Of a DNA stretch of 64,000 bases, positions 21,280 through 30,834 are shown one piece after another. A program made the position numbers and the translations under genes. The notes below the pieces were generated by a model. That model saw only the letters and a program-made list of their open reading frames with translations. It ran no database searches and was not told the origin of the DNA. Origin of the DNA: Syntrophorhabdaceae bacterium (GTDB lineage Bacteria > Desulfobacterota > Syntrophorhabdia > Syntrophorhabdales > Syntrophorhabdaceae); NCBI GenBank assembly GCA_963666485.2, contig CAXXUO010000006.1, positions 32,001 through 96,000 on the forward strand. The letters are read 5' to 3'. Position 1 is the first letter of the stretch, and each line of letters starts with the position of its first letter.

Positions 21280-22656
21280 CTAACGGCCGGCTGAATGAGC
21301 GAAATATTTTTTCAGTATCTCGCGGTGCCGCGCCTTTTCGTCATACATGTCCGCATCTGCTGTTTTGAGAAGGTCCTCGATGGGACTATCCTTTGCATTT
21401 CCCAGCACATACCCGGCTGATATCATGAGGGGGATCGTGGTGTTCGGGATGAATTTGTCCCTGAGTGCTTCTTCGAGTCTTTTCCGGACATCGTACAGGA
21501 TCTGCTTTGAACAATTTGGCAAAAGGACAGCGAATTCATCGCCGCCAATGCGGGCCACGACGTCACTGCCCCGGAACTGTTCCCTGAGCAGGTGGGCCGC
21601 GGCGATGAGCTGAAAATCGCCCCGCGCATGGCCCAGCGTATCGTTGACGATCTTCAACCCGTCGAGGTCGCACATGATGATCCCGACCGGGTCGAAGCGC
21701 CCGGAACCCAACCTTCTCAATTCTTCTTCAAAGAAGAACCGGTTGTAAAGGCCGGTCAATGAGTCGTGGATGCTGAAATATTTGAGGTTCGCCTCGGCCT
21801 TCTTGCGTTCGGTCACATCGAGAAATGTTCCCATAACGGACGGCTTGCCTTTGTACATGGCACGCGAACTGTAGACCTCGATGTTCCGCACCTCGCCGGA
21901 CTTCGTGATGATGCGGAACTCAGACTGAAGCGACTCTATCTCACCGCTTATCCTGCGGCGGATATTCTCCTCCATCATCGGCAGGTCCTCGGGATGAATG
22001 ATGTCCTTTGGCCCCATGGCATCGACCATCTCGGGGATAGAGTAGCCCGTCAGCTCGGCCAGCCGTTCGTTGGCATACCGGTACGTATCGTCCTGGAGGA
22101 CGTATATGCCGACAATGGATTTTTCCGCCAGGCTCCTGAACTTGTCCTCGGATTCGATGAGGTTCTGCTCGGTCTTCCTGCGGTCTGTTATATCCTTTGC
22201 GAATATAGCTATCTTCGAGACCGAACCTGCGGTGTCAAACACGGGGTATGCGAATGATTCATAGGTGCGGCCCTCTCTTTCATCGATAAAGATCGTCTGT
22301 TTCCCCGTCCGGGCGACTTCGTCAAATTCCTTTCTCCTGAGCGCAGCAAGGGAAGGCGGCAGGAGTTCGTACAGGCAGACCCCCAGGAGCTGCTCCGCAG
22401 TTTTCTCGAACCTCTGCGCGGCACATTCGTTTGCCATGAGGATCTTTCCGGACGCATCGATGAGCATCAGAGTCTCGTCAGTGGCGTTGATCAGCGAACT
22501 AAGGGTCTCTTCGCTTAGCATCCGGGCTTGCCTGAGGCCCGCCAGTTCGTGTTCCAGCTCAACGATCCTTTCCTGCAAGGACGATATTCGTTTCTCGAGT
22601 TCCCGGTTATTGTTCTGTTTTGTTCTGGTTTTCATGTTAGCATGGCCCGGCCTCAT
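21280..22656 (-). CDS. PAS-PAS diguanylate cyclase
   Basis: Two PAS/PAC domains (DITDRR, DVTERK), HDSLTGLYNR, RIGGDEF; start may be 22635. Confidence 0.93.
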   Translation of the reverse strand: MRPGHANMKTRTKQNNNRELEKRISSLQERIVELEHELAGLRQARMLSEETLSSLINATDETLMLIDASGKILMANECAAQRFEKTAEQLLGVCLYELLPPSLAALRRKEFDEVARTGKQTIFIDEREGRTYESFAYPVFDTAGSVSKIAIFAKDITDRRKTEQNLIESEDKFRSLAEKSIVGIYVLQDDTYRYANERLAELTGYSIPEMVDAMGPKDIIHPEDLPMMEENIRRRISGEIESLQSEFRIITKSGEVRNIEVYSSRAMYKGKPSVMGTFLDVTERKKAEANLKYFSIHDSLTGLYNRFFFEEELRRLGSGRFDPVGIIMCDLDGLKIVNDTLGHARGDFQLIAAAHLLREQFRGSDVVARIGGDEFAVLLPNCSKQILYDVRKRLEEALRDKFIPNTTIPLMISAGYVLGNAKDSPIEDLLKTADADMYDEKARHREILKKYFAHSAGR

Positions 22657-22840
22657 CCCGCCGGGATGCTGCCTCGCTATTTTTATCGCGTATTCTGCCG
22701 ATAAATTTAGGTCAATCAGGCGATGTCCGGCGTATGGCTGCGGTTCGCTCTCTCTTCAAGCCCGCCAGCCATCCATGATATACTTGACAATGCGGTGCCT
22801 GATACGTATTATCCGCTTAACATCGGGAAAGGAAGGTGCT

Positions 22841-23383
22841 ATGAACAAGTCATGCCGGATGATCGTTTTGCTGGGAATTTTTCTTGTTACGGGATGTTCG
22901 ACGGTAAACTGGCCCGGGTATGAAAGCGTGTATGTTCCTCTCAATACGGGGGTCGCGGACACGTCCTTACTTTCCTCGGGCGAGTTGGAAATAGTGCATG
23001 ATATGCTGAAGGTCCGGGCGAAGTCGGGCGGCGCGGGCTTAAAGCCGCTTAAACTGTCGAAAGGCCTTTCGTTTGCAGCGAAGCAAAAGGCGGTGGAAAC
23101 CGCGGACACGGGTCGGAAAGAGAACGCGCAGGCACCGCAGCCGCTCATGGCCCGGGTACAAAAATTTGGAAAAGTTACGGGAAAGGTTGCCGAGCTCGTC
23201 AGCCACGGATATCCCCAGCGGATAGTCGTCGAGCAGCTGATGAAGCCGGGACCGGTTTCGGAGGGTCAGAAGCCGGAGATATACTTCCTCGACCCTCAAT
23301 ACACGGTTGTTGGCGTCGGGTGTACGGGAGATTTCTATCCCATCTGTGTCCTGACGTTTGCGACGGATTTTGAGGAAGGGTGA
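22841..23383 (+). CDS. Lipoprotein with a CAP/SCP-like domain
   Basis: Lipobox VTGC; PLKLSKGLSFAA...YTVVGVGC pattern; RBS GGAAGG. Confidence 0.6.
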   Translation: MNKSCRMIVLLGIFLVTGCSTVNWPGYESVYVPLNTGVADTSLLSSGELEIVHDMLKVRAKSGGAGLKPLKLSKGLSFAAKQKAVETADTGRKENAQAPQPLMARVQKFGKVTGKVAELVSHGYPQRIVVEQLMKPGPVSEGQKPEIYFLDPQYTVVGVGCTGDFYPICVLTFATDFEEG

Positions 23384-23386
23384 AAG

Positions 23387-23603
23387 AACGGCGTACGGCG
23401 TACGGCGTACGGCTGACGGCGTACGGCTAAAGGCTAAAGGCTAAAGGGGAAAGGCTAACGGCTAACGGCGTACGGCGAAAGGCTAAAGGCTAAAGGGGAA
23501 AGGCTAACGGCTAACGGCGTACGGCGTACGGCGAAAGGCGAAAGGCGAAAGGCGAAAGGCTAAAGGGGAAAGGCTAACGGCTAACGGCGTACGGCTGACG
23601 GTG
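23387..23603 (+). repeat. Tandem array of 31 degenerate heptamers (TACGGCG/AAAGGCT/AACGGCT/AAAGGGG) with higher-order structure
   Basis: Units counted directly; A at position 2 and GG at positions 4-5 are invariant. Confidence 0.95.
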
Positions 23604-23672
23604 AGGGGGCCACGGGGAAGTAGCCGATTCAATCATCTCTGAATTACTCATCTTCGTCATCTCCTCCAACCC

Positions 23673-23795
23673 CGTCATCCCGGCCGTAAGAGCCGGGACC
23701 CAAGGTTTTTCTTTTATATCCTTTTAGCAACGACCACATGAGAAAAGAATCATAAAAAACAAAACCTTGGGTCCCGGGTCAAGCCCGGGATGACG
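23673..23795. repeat. REP/MITE-like element: paired CGTCATCCCGG..CCGGGA(T/C)CC palindromes around an AT-rich core
   Basis: Terminal inverted palindromic units; same family as 25325, 37097, 53874-54236 and 63704. Confidence 0.85.
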
Positions 23796-23964
23796 GGGAG
23801 CGAAATATTCCCGAGTATATAAACGTGACGGTCCAAACGATTGGTAGGGAATTGTGAGACAGTTTCTTGACCCGGGATTCAGGGTTTGCCCTCGGGTTTT
23901 TCCTGTTGATTTGTCTGCCTGCTCATAATAATCTTGTTCTTACAGTACATGCTAAGGGGAGAAA

Positions 23965-24738
23965 ATGGAAGACCTGGTGAAACGTGTTGCGCGCATGATC
24001 GGCAAGGCTGAAAAGATCGTCGTTTTCGTGGGAGCCGGCCTGAGCACGGAGTCGGGCATACCCGATTTTCGCAGCCCCGGCGGGGTGTGGGACAAATACG
24101 ATCCGGAGGATTTCTATTTTCAGAATTTTGTCTCGAATCGCGCGAAACGGGAAAAATACTGGGAAATGGCGACCGAGATGTACGAGGCGATGAAAGAGGC
24201 GAAACCCAATGCCGGCCATAGAGCGGTGGCAGAGCTTGAGAAGCTGGGGAAACTCGACTGCCTGATCACCCAGAACATTGACGGCCTTCATTTCAAGGCC
24301 GGCAATTCGGAGACGAAGGTATTCGAGCTGCACGGGACAGCAATGCACGTCGCATGCCTCGATTGCCACAGGCGATATGAAAGGGCCCTTATCCAGGAGC
24401 GCATCGCAGCCGGCGACAAGGCGCCTGAATGTGATGCGTGCGGCGGCCTTTTGAAACCTGCCACCATATCCTTCGGACAGGCCATGCCCGAACGGGAGAC
24501 GGCGGAGGCGTTCCGCCGCAGTTCGGACTGCGATCTTTTTATCGTGATCGGGTCGTCGCTCGTTGTGTATCCCGCGGCGCAGATGCCCGTGGTCGCAAAA
24601 CAGTCGGGTGCAAAGCTCGTTATCATAAACCGCGATGAAACCGCATGCGACAGGCGGGCCGACGTGATCATAAACGGCCAGGCGGGGACGATAATGGCGG
24701 CGATACTGGAAGAAGTGAAAAGAAACCGTAAGGGGTAA
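23965..24738 (+). CDS. cobB: NAD-dependent protein deacylase (sirtuin)
   Basis: GAGLSTESGIPDFRS, TQNIDGLH, ELHG, CxxC..CxxC, GSSLVVYPAA. Confidence 0.95.
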   Translation: MEDLVKRVARMIGKAEKIVVFVGAGLSTESGIPDFRSPGGVWDKYDPEDFYFQNFVSNRAKREKYWEMATEMYEAMKEAKPNAGHRAVAELEKLGKLDCLITQNIDGLHFKAGNSETKVFELHGTAMHVACLDCHRRYERALIQERIAAGDKAPECDACGGLLKPATISFGQAMPERETAEAFRRSSDCDLFIVIGSSLVVYPAAQMPVVAKQSGAKLVIINRDETACDRRADVIINGQAGTIMAAILEEVKRNRKG

Positions 24739-24745
24739 AGAAAGG

Positions 24746-24811
24746 GGTTCAAGGTTCAAAGTTCAAGGTTCAAGGTGTTTAGGAGTAAAGAAAGAGGTTC
24801 AAGGTTCAAGG
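24746..24811 (+). repeat. GTTCAAG heptamer run
   Basis: ggttcaa ggttcaa agttcaa ggttcaa ... ggttcaa ggttcaa, immediately after the cobB stop. Confidence 0.8.
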
Positions 24812-24841
24812 CAGTGAGAATTGTGATCGAGGGTGGGGGGT

Positions 24842-25183
24842 ATGAATATACAAATTTTCGGGGTGAGCAAGTGCCAGGATACGAGGGCGGCGCAGCGTTT
24901 CTTTAAGGAACGCGGGATAAAGTTCCAGTACATTGACCTTGGCATGAAGGGATTGAGCAAGGGCGAGCTTAATAGCGTCAAGGCATCGGTCGGGCTTGAA
25001 AACCTGGTAGACACGGAAGGGAAGGAATACGCGAAACTGAATCTCAAGTACCTCACACACGATGTAGAAGAACAGCTTCTTGAGCATCCCCTTCTTTTTA
25101 AAACCCCCATCGTCCGCAACGGCGGAAGATCGACGATAGGTTTTCAGCCCGAGATTTGGAAGGAATGGATGAAGACGGGATAA
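24842..25183 (+). CDS. ArsC/Spx/MgsR-family protein
   Basis: IFGVSKCQDTRAAQRFFKERGI; PLLFKTPIV. Confidence 0.85.
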   Translation: MNIQIFGVSKCQDTRAAQRFFKERGIKFQYIDLGMKGLSKGELNSVKASVGLENLVDTEGKEYAKLNLKYLTHDVEEQLLEHPLLFKTPIVRNGGRSTIGFQPEIWKEWMKTG

Positions 25184-25324
25184 TCCGGCAAAGAGCATAA
25201 GATATCATCTATCCGTATCGGTTTTATCTTGGACCTGAGGCCATGCCGCGGTCCCCATTCAGTTTCCCAATTTTATCAATTTCTGCATGTCGTCCTGCAC
25301 TCCGGGCCGAGCCTGACAACCTGC

Positions 25325-25439
25325 CGTCACCCCGGCGAAGGCCGGGGTCCAGGTTTTTTGCTTTTTTGTCGTTACCCGATCTGAGATGTTTATGAAAGAA
25401 TGAAAAAAGATCTGGATTCCGGCCTTCGCCGGAATGACG
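25325..25439. repeat. REP/MITE-like element between convergent genes
   Basis: CGTCACCCCGGCGAAGGCCGGGGTCCAG ... CTGGATTCCGGCCTTCGCCGGAATGACG. Confidence 0.85.
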
Positions 25440-25458
25440 ATCCCTGGGGATGTTGCGG

Positions 25459-27279
25459 TTATATTTTTTGCCCGGCTATCTTCGACCGTTTCCGTTCCAG
25501 CCCGTCGAGGATGGTCTTGCGCAGCCTGATCGATTTCGGGGTTATCTCAACCAACTCATCTTCGTTAATGTAGGATATGCAATCTTCAAGGCTCATGTAC
25601 CGGGCAGGCGTGAGGATGACGGCGTCGTCGGACCCGGCGGCCCTCATGTTGGTGAGCTTTTTCCCTTTTGCGGGATTTATGACGAGGTCTATCTCACGGC
25701 TGTGTTCGCCGATGATCTGGCCTCCGTAGACCTTTTCTCCGGGTCCCAGGAAGAGTTCTCCACGGTCCTGGAGGTTGAACAGGGCATACGCTACCGTGGT
25801 ACATTCCTCCATGACAACGAGAACGCCATTGTTGCGGTTTTTCATCTCACCGGCATACCGGTCATACCCGTCAAAGATGTAGTTCATCGTACCTGTTCCT
25901 TTTGTCTCGGTCAGGAACTGTGAACGAAAACCAATGAGCCCGCGCGTCGGTATGCGGTAGCTCAGCCTCACGATACCCTTGTTCTGGTCCATGTGGACCA
26001 TCAGGCCTTTGCGTTTTCCGAGATTTTCTATGACGTTGCCGGCATACGCTTCATCGACGTCGATAGTGAGTTCTTCATATGGCTCGAGGACCCCGTCTTC
26101 GGTGTCGTGATAGATGACCTTTGGCCGGGTGACCTGAAATTCGTACCCTTCACGGCGCATCTTTTCGATGAGGATCGACAGGTGCAGTTCGCCGCGCCCC
26201 GAGACCTTATACCCGATCGAATCATTGAGCTCCTCGACGACGAGCGCGACATCCGACAGCGTCTCCCGCATGAGCCTTTCCCTGATATGCCGTGACGTCA
26301 GAAAACGTCCTTCCTTTCCGGCGAAAGGAGAATCGTTGGGAATGAAGTTCATGGATATCGTGGGCGGGTCGATATCGATGCCGGGCAGGGGGGCAGGATT
26401 TTCGGGATCGGTAAGTGTCTGGCCGATCGTGATCGACTCCATTCCGGCCACGGCTACTATTTCACCCGTTCCCGCAATTTGCGTCTCCTCCATAGAACTT
26501 CCCTTGAACCGGTAGACCTTTGTGATCCGGGCCGGGGAAGAGGGCACGCCTTCAGTCGCGACGATGACATCCTTGTTGAGGTTGAGCACACCGGATGTTA
26601 TCTTGCCGATCGCGAGCCTGCCGAGGAAAGGGGAGTACGAAAGCGAGCTTACCAGCATCTGCAGCGGGGCCTCGGGATTGCCCATAGGAGGCGGGACCGC
26701 ATCGATGATCATATCGAACAGGGGAAGCATCGAAGAATTGGGAACTTCGTGATCGAGCGTCGCATACCCTGCCTTCGCCGACGTGTAAATGATCGGGAAA
26801 TCAAGGATGTCGTCCGGCGCATCGAGCTTGACGAAGAGATCGAACACCTGGTCCACGACCCAGTCGCACCGGGCCGCCGGTTTGTCGATCTTGTTGACAA
26901 CGACAATGACCGGGAGCTTGAGGCCCAGGGCTTTTTTCAGGACGAACCGTGTCTGGGGCATCGGCCCTTCCGCGGCATCGACGAGCAGAAGCACGCCGTC
27001 CGCCATCTTGAGCACTCTTTCGACCTGCCCGCCGAAATCGGCATGACCGGGTGTATCGATAATATTGATAAAATGGTCTTTATATACGAAAGATCCATTT
27101 TTTGACGAGATCGTTATACCGCGCTCGCGTTCGAGGTCCATGGAGTCCATAAGGCGCTCTTCTACGTGCTCATTGTCGCGGAACATCCCGCTCTGCCTGA
27201 AGAATTGGTCTACAAGCGTGGTCTTCCCATGATCGACGTGGGCGATGATCGCAATATTCCTGATCTTATTCTGTTCCAT
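25459..27279 (-). CDS. typA: Translational GTPase TypA/BipA
   Basis: IAHVDHGKTTLVD, DTPGHADFGG, GRGELHL, KKLTNMRAAGSD. Confidence 0.97.
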   Translation of the reverse strand: MEQNKIRNIAIIAHVDHGKTTLVDQFFRQSGMFRDNEHVEERLMDSMDLERERGITISSKNGSFVYKDHFINIIDTPGHADFGGQVERVLKMADGVLLLVDAAEGPMPQTRFVLKKALGLKLPVIVVVNKIDKPAARCDWVVDQVFDLFVKLDAPDDILDFPIIYTSAKAGYATLDHEVPNSSMLPLFDMIIDAVPPPMGNPEAPLQMLVSSLSYSPFLGRLAIGKITSGVLNLNKDVIVATEGVPSSPARITKVYRFKGSSMEETQIAGTGEIVAVAGMESITIGQTLTDPENPAPLPGIDIDPPTISMNFIPNDSPFAGKEGRFLTSRHIRERLMRETLSDVALVVEELNDSIGYKVSGRGELHLSILIEKMRREGYEFQVTRPKVIYHDTEDGVLEPYEELTIDVDEAYAGNVIENLGKRKGLMVHMDQNKGIVRLSYRIPTRGLIGFRSQFLTETKGTGTMNYIFDGYDRYAGEMKNRNNGVLVVMEECTTVAYALFNLQDRGELFLGPGEKVYGGQIIGEHSREIDLVINPAKGKKLTNMRAAGSDDAVILTPARYMSLEDCISYINEDELVEITPKSIRLRKTILDGLERKRSKIAGQKI

Positions 27280-27338
27280 AAGGGATAAGTTAGAAGGTTG
27301 TAAGGCCCGGGGTTAACCGGGCCTTAGGTTGGTCTGTT

Positions 27339-27539
27339 TTATGCCTTTGCTACGTTCGATGCTGCAGGGCCCTTCGGGCCGCTGACGACATCAAATGTCA
27401 CTGAATCGCCCTCGGACAGGGATTTGAAGCCGCTGCCCTGGATCGCTGAATAGTGGACGAACACGTCTGTGCCGTCATCACCTGTGATAAAACCAAAACC
27501 TTTTGACTCGTTGAACCACTTCACAGTTCCTTTTGCCAT
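27339..27539 (-). CDS. cspA: Cold-shock protein
   Basis: [25 protein letters not shown]. Confidence 0.96.
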   Translation of the reverse strand: MAKGTVKWFNESKGFGFITGDDGTDVFVHYSAIQGSGFKSLSEGDSVTFDVVSGPKGPAASNVAKA

Positions 27540-27816
27540 GCTAATGAAACCTCCTGATAGAATGTGGAAGAAGAAGGAACTGTGCTACGGACAAACGACA
27601 AAAATGTATATTCCTGCGGTATGTGACGAACAGCGTGTTCCCTTCCTTTGTTCCGAGGTCGATTATCGCATAAAAATCAGTCATGTGCAAGAAATAATTA
27701 TCGAGGGCCGTCCGGAAACGAAGGAATACCGCTATTTTCGCTTGAAACGCTGCATGAATTTTTATTAATCTTTTACTTTGCAGCGAAAAACTGCGGCTTT
27801 CGAAGGAGAAAAAAGC

Positions 27817-28611
27817 ATGGCGGATTTTGACAGGGGACTTGAATTGTATGATAGGCCGGAGATCCTGTACCGGCTTTTTTTTCCGCGGCGGGAAGTGGCC
27901 CCGGATTCGGACACAGCCAGGAACCATTACGTCGATGCCGCCCCCGGCATAGCGATCGGCTGCCGTTTCTTCACGGTCCGGAATGATGCGCCCAATCTTA
28001 TCTACTTCCATGGAAATGGTGAGATTGCCGCCGACTATGATTATGTTGCTCCTGTTTATGCACAGTACGGCCTCAACCTGTTTGTGGCCGATTACCGGGG
28101 GTACGGCGGAAGCGGCGGGACCCCGACATGCACCGCAATGATAAAGGATGCCCATCCGGTATTTCGGTATTTCGCGAACTATCTGAAGGAAACCGGGTAT
28201 ACGGGCCCCCTTTTTGCAATGGGCCGTTCCCTCGGAAGCGCTCCCGCGATAGAACTCGCCTTTCATTACGGGGACGCCCTGAAAGGCCTTATCATCGAAA
28301 GCGGGTTCGCGAGCGCGCACAATCAGATCGGCCGCCTGGGCGTCGAGTACCTTTTTGACGACGGGACTGAGCCGGTAGGGTTCGGAAACGACCTGAAGAT
28401 AGGAGATGTGAGGCTGCCCACCCTGATAATCCACGGTGAATGGGACGAAATAATTCCCGCATCGGAAGGACGGCACTTATTCGAGCTGTCCGGTGCCGCG
28501 GATAAAACATCTTTATTTATTCCCCATGCCGGTCACAACGATATTATGTATCACGGGCTGAAACAATACATGGAAGCCGTGCGCTCGTTTGTCGCAAGGT
28601 GCGGCGCGTAA
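27817..28611 (+). CDS. Alpha/beta hydrolase
   Basis: YFHGNGE, DYRGYGGS, GRSLG nucleophile, HGEWD, GHND. Confidence 0.92.
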   Translation: MADFDRGLELYDRPEILYRLFFPRREVAPDSDTARNHYVDAAPGIAIGCRFFTVRNDAPNLIYFHGNGEIAADYDYVAPVYAQYGLNLFVADYRGYGGSGGTPTCTAMIKDAHPVFRYFANYLKETGYTGPLFAMGRSLGSAPAIELAFHYGDALKGLIIESGFASAHNQIGRLGVEYLFDDGTEPVGFGNDLKIGDVRLPTLIIHGEWDEIIPASEGRHLFELSGAADKTSLFIPHAGHNDIMYHGLKQYMEAVRSFVARCGA

Positions 28612-28687
28612 CATTTCATCCCCCTTCCTTGAAATCTGACGAAGGAATCTTACATTTCCTTTATAAGAAGGTCCAAGGGAGGGGCAT

Positions 28688-29140
28688 ATGAAACCACCAC
28701 AAGCGATCCTGGTACCGACCGATTTTTCAGACTTTTCCGATGACGCTCTGGAACTCGCTTATGACATTGCAAAACAGTACAACGCGAAGATCTGCCTTCT
28801 TCACGTCATCGAGATCATCCGGCAATGTACCGTGGACTATTGCCTCGACATCCAAACGGTAGAATCGCTCGAAACACAAACGTTAACGGCCTCGGAAGAC
28901 CTCATGAAAAAGCAGATCGAGCGGGTCATCAAAACGAAAGATGTCGAGATCACGACGGACATCAGGAAAGGGACACCGTACCGGGAGATCCTGAATGAAC
29001 AGCAATCAAAGAATATTGACCTGATCGTCATCGCGTCCCACGGCAGGACCGGCCTTTTAAGCCATCTCATCGGCAGCGTAGCGGAAAAGGTCACACACGG
29101 GGCCAAATGCCCGGTCGTTCTTGTCAGGCCAAAGCACTGA
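28688..29140 (+). CDS. Universal stress protein
   Basis: ILVPTDFS; DLIVIASHGRTG..LIGSVAEKV..CPVVLV. Confidence 0.95.
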   Translation: MKPPQAILVPTDFSDFSDDALELAYDIAKQYNAKICLLHVIEIIRQCTVDYCLDIQTVESLETQTLTASEDLMKKQIERVIKTKDVEITTDIRKGTPYREILNEQQSKNIDLIVIASHGRTGLLSHLIGSVAEKVTHGAKCPVVLVRPKH

Positions 29141-29157
29141 TCGGAGGCAGGTTCTTA

Positions 29158-29193
29158 GAAAAAAAGAGCGCCGGCTTGAAACCGGCGCTCTTC
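29158..29193. terminator. Probably bidirectional terminator between usp and the MFS gene
   Basis: A-run then AAGAGCGCCGG-loop-CCGGCGCTCTT, between convergent genes. Confidence 0.75.
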
Positions 29194-29217
29194 TATTAAA
29201 CGCGAGAAGTGATCCTC

Positions 29218-30462
29218 TTACCTTTTGTATTCGGAAACATGTTTCGGCCGTGTGAATGCGAGGGCGATGATAAAGCCGACGACCAACAGGCCCGCTGCGG
29301 TATAGAGCGACTGCTGTTTGTTGAATTCGGCGAACACAAAACCGCCGACAACGCCCGCCGCGCCCCATGCCGTGAGCAAGAAACCGTAGATCCTTCCAAT
29401 ATACGTCGGTCCGAACGAGTCGGCCGAGAAGGCAGGCATGACAGCAAAGCCGCCGCCCAGGCACGCAAGGAGATAGCAGGCGATGATCGTGAATACGAGC
29501 ACACTGCTGATCTGGGGAAGGATGACATACAGGATTGCCTGCGTAATGAACATGACCATGTAGGTGCCCTTCCGGCCGATCTTATCGGAAACGGCAGCCC
29601 AGAAAAGACGTCCCAATCCGTTGAATATAGACGCCGTGGCCAGGACGCCGCCACCGAGCACTGCCAGTTTCGCCGGGTCATCGACGTTCTGGGCAACCTT
29701 GATGACTTCCTGTGCCATGGGTGAAAGTTTCGACAGAAGCCCCATGCCTGCCGTGACGTTCAAAAAGAGCATGCCCCAGAGCATGTACCACTGGCGTGTC
29801 CGTTTTGCCTCTGTCCAACTGAAGGAATCGGCCGCGCTGACCGTTGTGGCAGCCGGTGTAAAGCCCTTGGGAAGCCAGCCCGCGGGGGGGTTTTTCAGGG
29901 TCGAGGAACAGATCAGGTTGAGCACCAGGTAGACCGCGCCGAGTATGAAAAAGGAGTTGGCCACACCGACATTAACGATAAGTTTGGGAATGATCATACC
30001 AATAAAGAATGCGCCAAAACCGAACCCCATGACAGCAAGGCCGGTTATCATACCGCGCTTATCCGGGAACCACCGGATCAAGGTAGCGATTGGCACGACA
30101 TAGGCGAGACCATTTCCGATACCGGCGATGACCCCGTAGCCGATGAGCAGGAACCAGAAGCTGCCGGCCTTGAGCGCCACGCCGCCCAGGAGAACACCAA
30201 CACCGTAAAAACAGGCGCCCAGTATTGCAACGAATTTCGGCCCTTTTTTATCAACGAGCATGCCGCCGAAAGCGGCGGAACAACCGATGACGCCGATGAT
30301 CAGCATGAACACGCGCGCTACCATCTTGGCTTCCCAACCCTGGGCGGCCACGATAGGTTTCACGAAAACCGACCATGCGTAAACGGTGCCCAGAATGAGC
30401 ATGATCACGACACCGGCGATTGCAAGAAACCAGCGCTTACTCTCCAAGTTTTGTTCACTCAT
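29218..30462 (-). CDS. OFA-family MFS transporter (oxalate:formate antiporter / L-lactate transporter-like)
   Basis: LGTVYAWSVF, RWFPDKRGMITGLAVMGFG, FNGLGRLFWAAVSDKIGR. Confidence 0.9.
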   Translation of the reverse strand: MSEQNLESKRWFLAIAGVVIMLILGTVYAWSVFVKPIVAAQGWEAKMVARVFMLIIGVIGCSAAFGGMLVDKKGPKFVAILGACFYGVGVLLGGVALKAGSFWFLLIGYGVIAGIGNGLAYVVPIATLIRWFPDKRGMITGLAVMGFGFGAFFIGMIIPKLIVNVGVANSFFILGAVYLVLNLICSSTLKNPPAGWLPKGFTPAATTVSAADSFSWTEAKRTRQWYMLWGMLFLNVTAGMGLLSKLSPMAQEVIKVAQNVDDPAKLAVLGGGVLATASIFNGLGRLFWAAVSDKIGRKGTYMVMFITQAILYVILPQISSVLVFTIIACYLLACLGGGFAVMPAFSADSFGPTYIGRIYGFLLTAWGAAGVVGGFVFAEFNKQQSLYTAAGLLVVGFIIALAFTRPKHVSEYKR

Positions 30463-30566
30463 GTAACAAACCTCCCCAGTTTAATTATTATTCAATGTAC
30501 GGAACAACGCCTCGCTGCTGTGTACCAGACTCCCCTTTTTATACCGGCGTGTCCTGTGGTTTTGTA

Positions 30567-30582
30567 TGCATGCTTTTTACCA
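30567..30582 (-). promoter_or_regulatory. Possible sigma54 -24/-12 promoter for the MFS gene
   Basis: Minus strand TGGTAAAAAGCATGCA gives GG-N10-GC spacing; AT-rich region upstream; imperfect consensus. Confidence 0.3.
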
Positions 30583-30834
30583 CCTTTTTTTTGACGTAGT
30601 CAACCTTTTTTGTATCTTCATGAAATCCGCACACCTGTAATTTTCCGCGGGAAACCTGAAAAATAACCGAAAATATAATTAAAAAACCTATCACATATTT
30701 TATAAACATTATTTTTCTTGAAGCCGGCGGAAAATAGCGCATGATGTGATATCATAAGCACTCCCGACATAATGAAAACCCCGGGGTGGAAAACCCCGGG
30801 GTTTCCTGGTCCCGGATCATTATCGGTCCTTACG

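Noticed and set aside
22265..22840. N-terminal half of the 372-aa ORF
   Set aside because: It is antisense to the diguanylate cyclase; the real gene starts at ATG 22841 with an RBS and lipoprotein signal.
23387..23603. Possible CRISPR array
   Set aside because: Contiguous 7-mers with no unique spacers, and no cas genes in the window.
30774..30806. AAAACCCCGGGG duplicated palindrome as a novel element
   Set aside because: Its position just after the aminotransferase stop fits an ordinary terminator-like hairpin.
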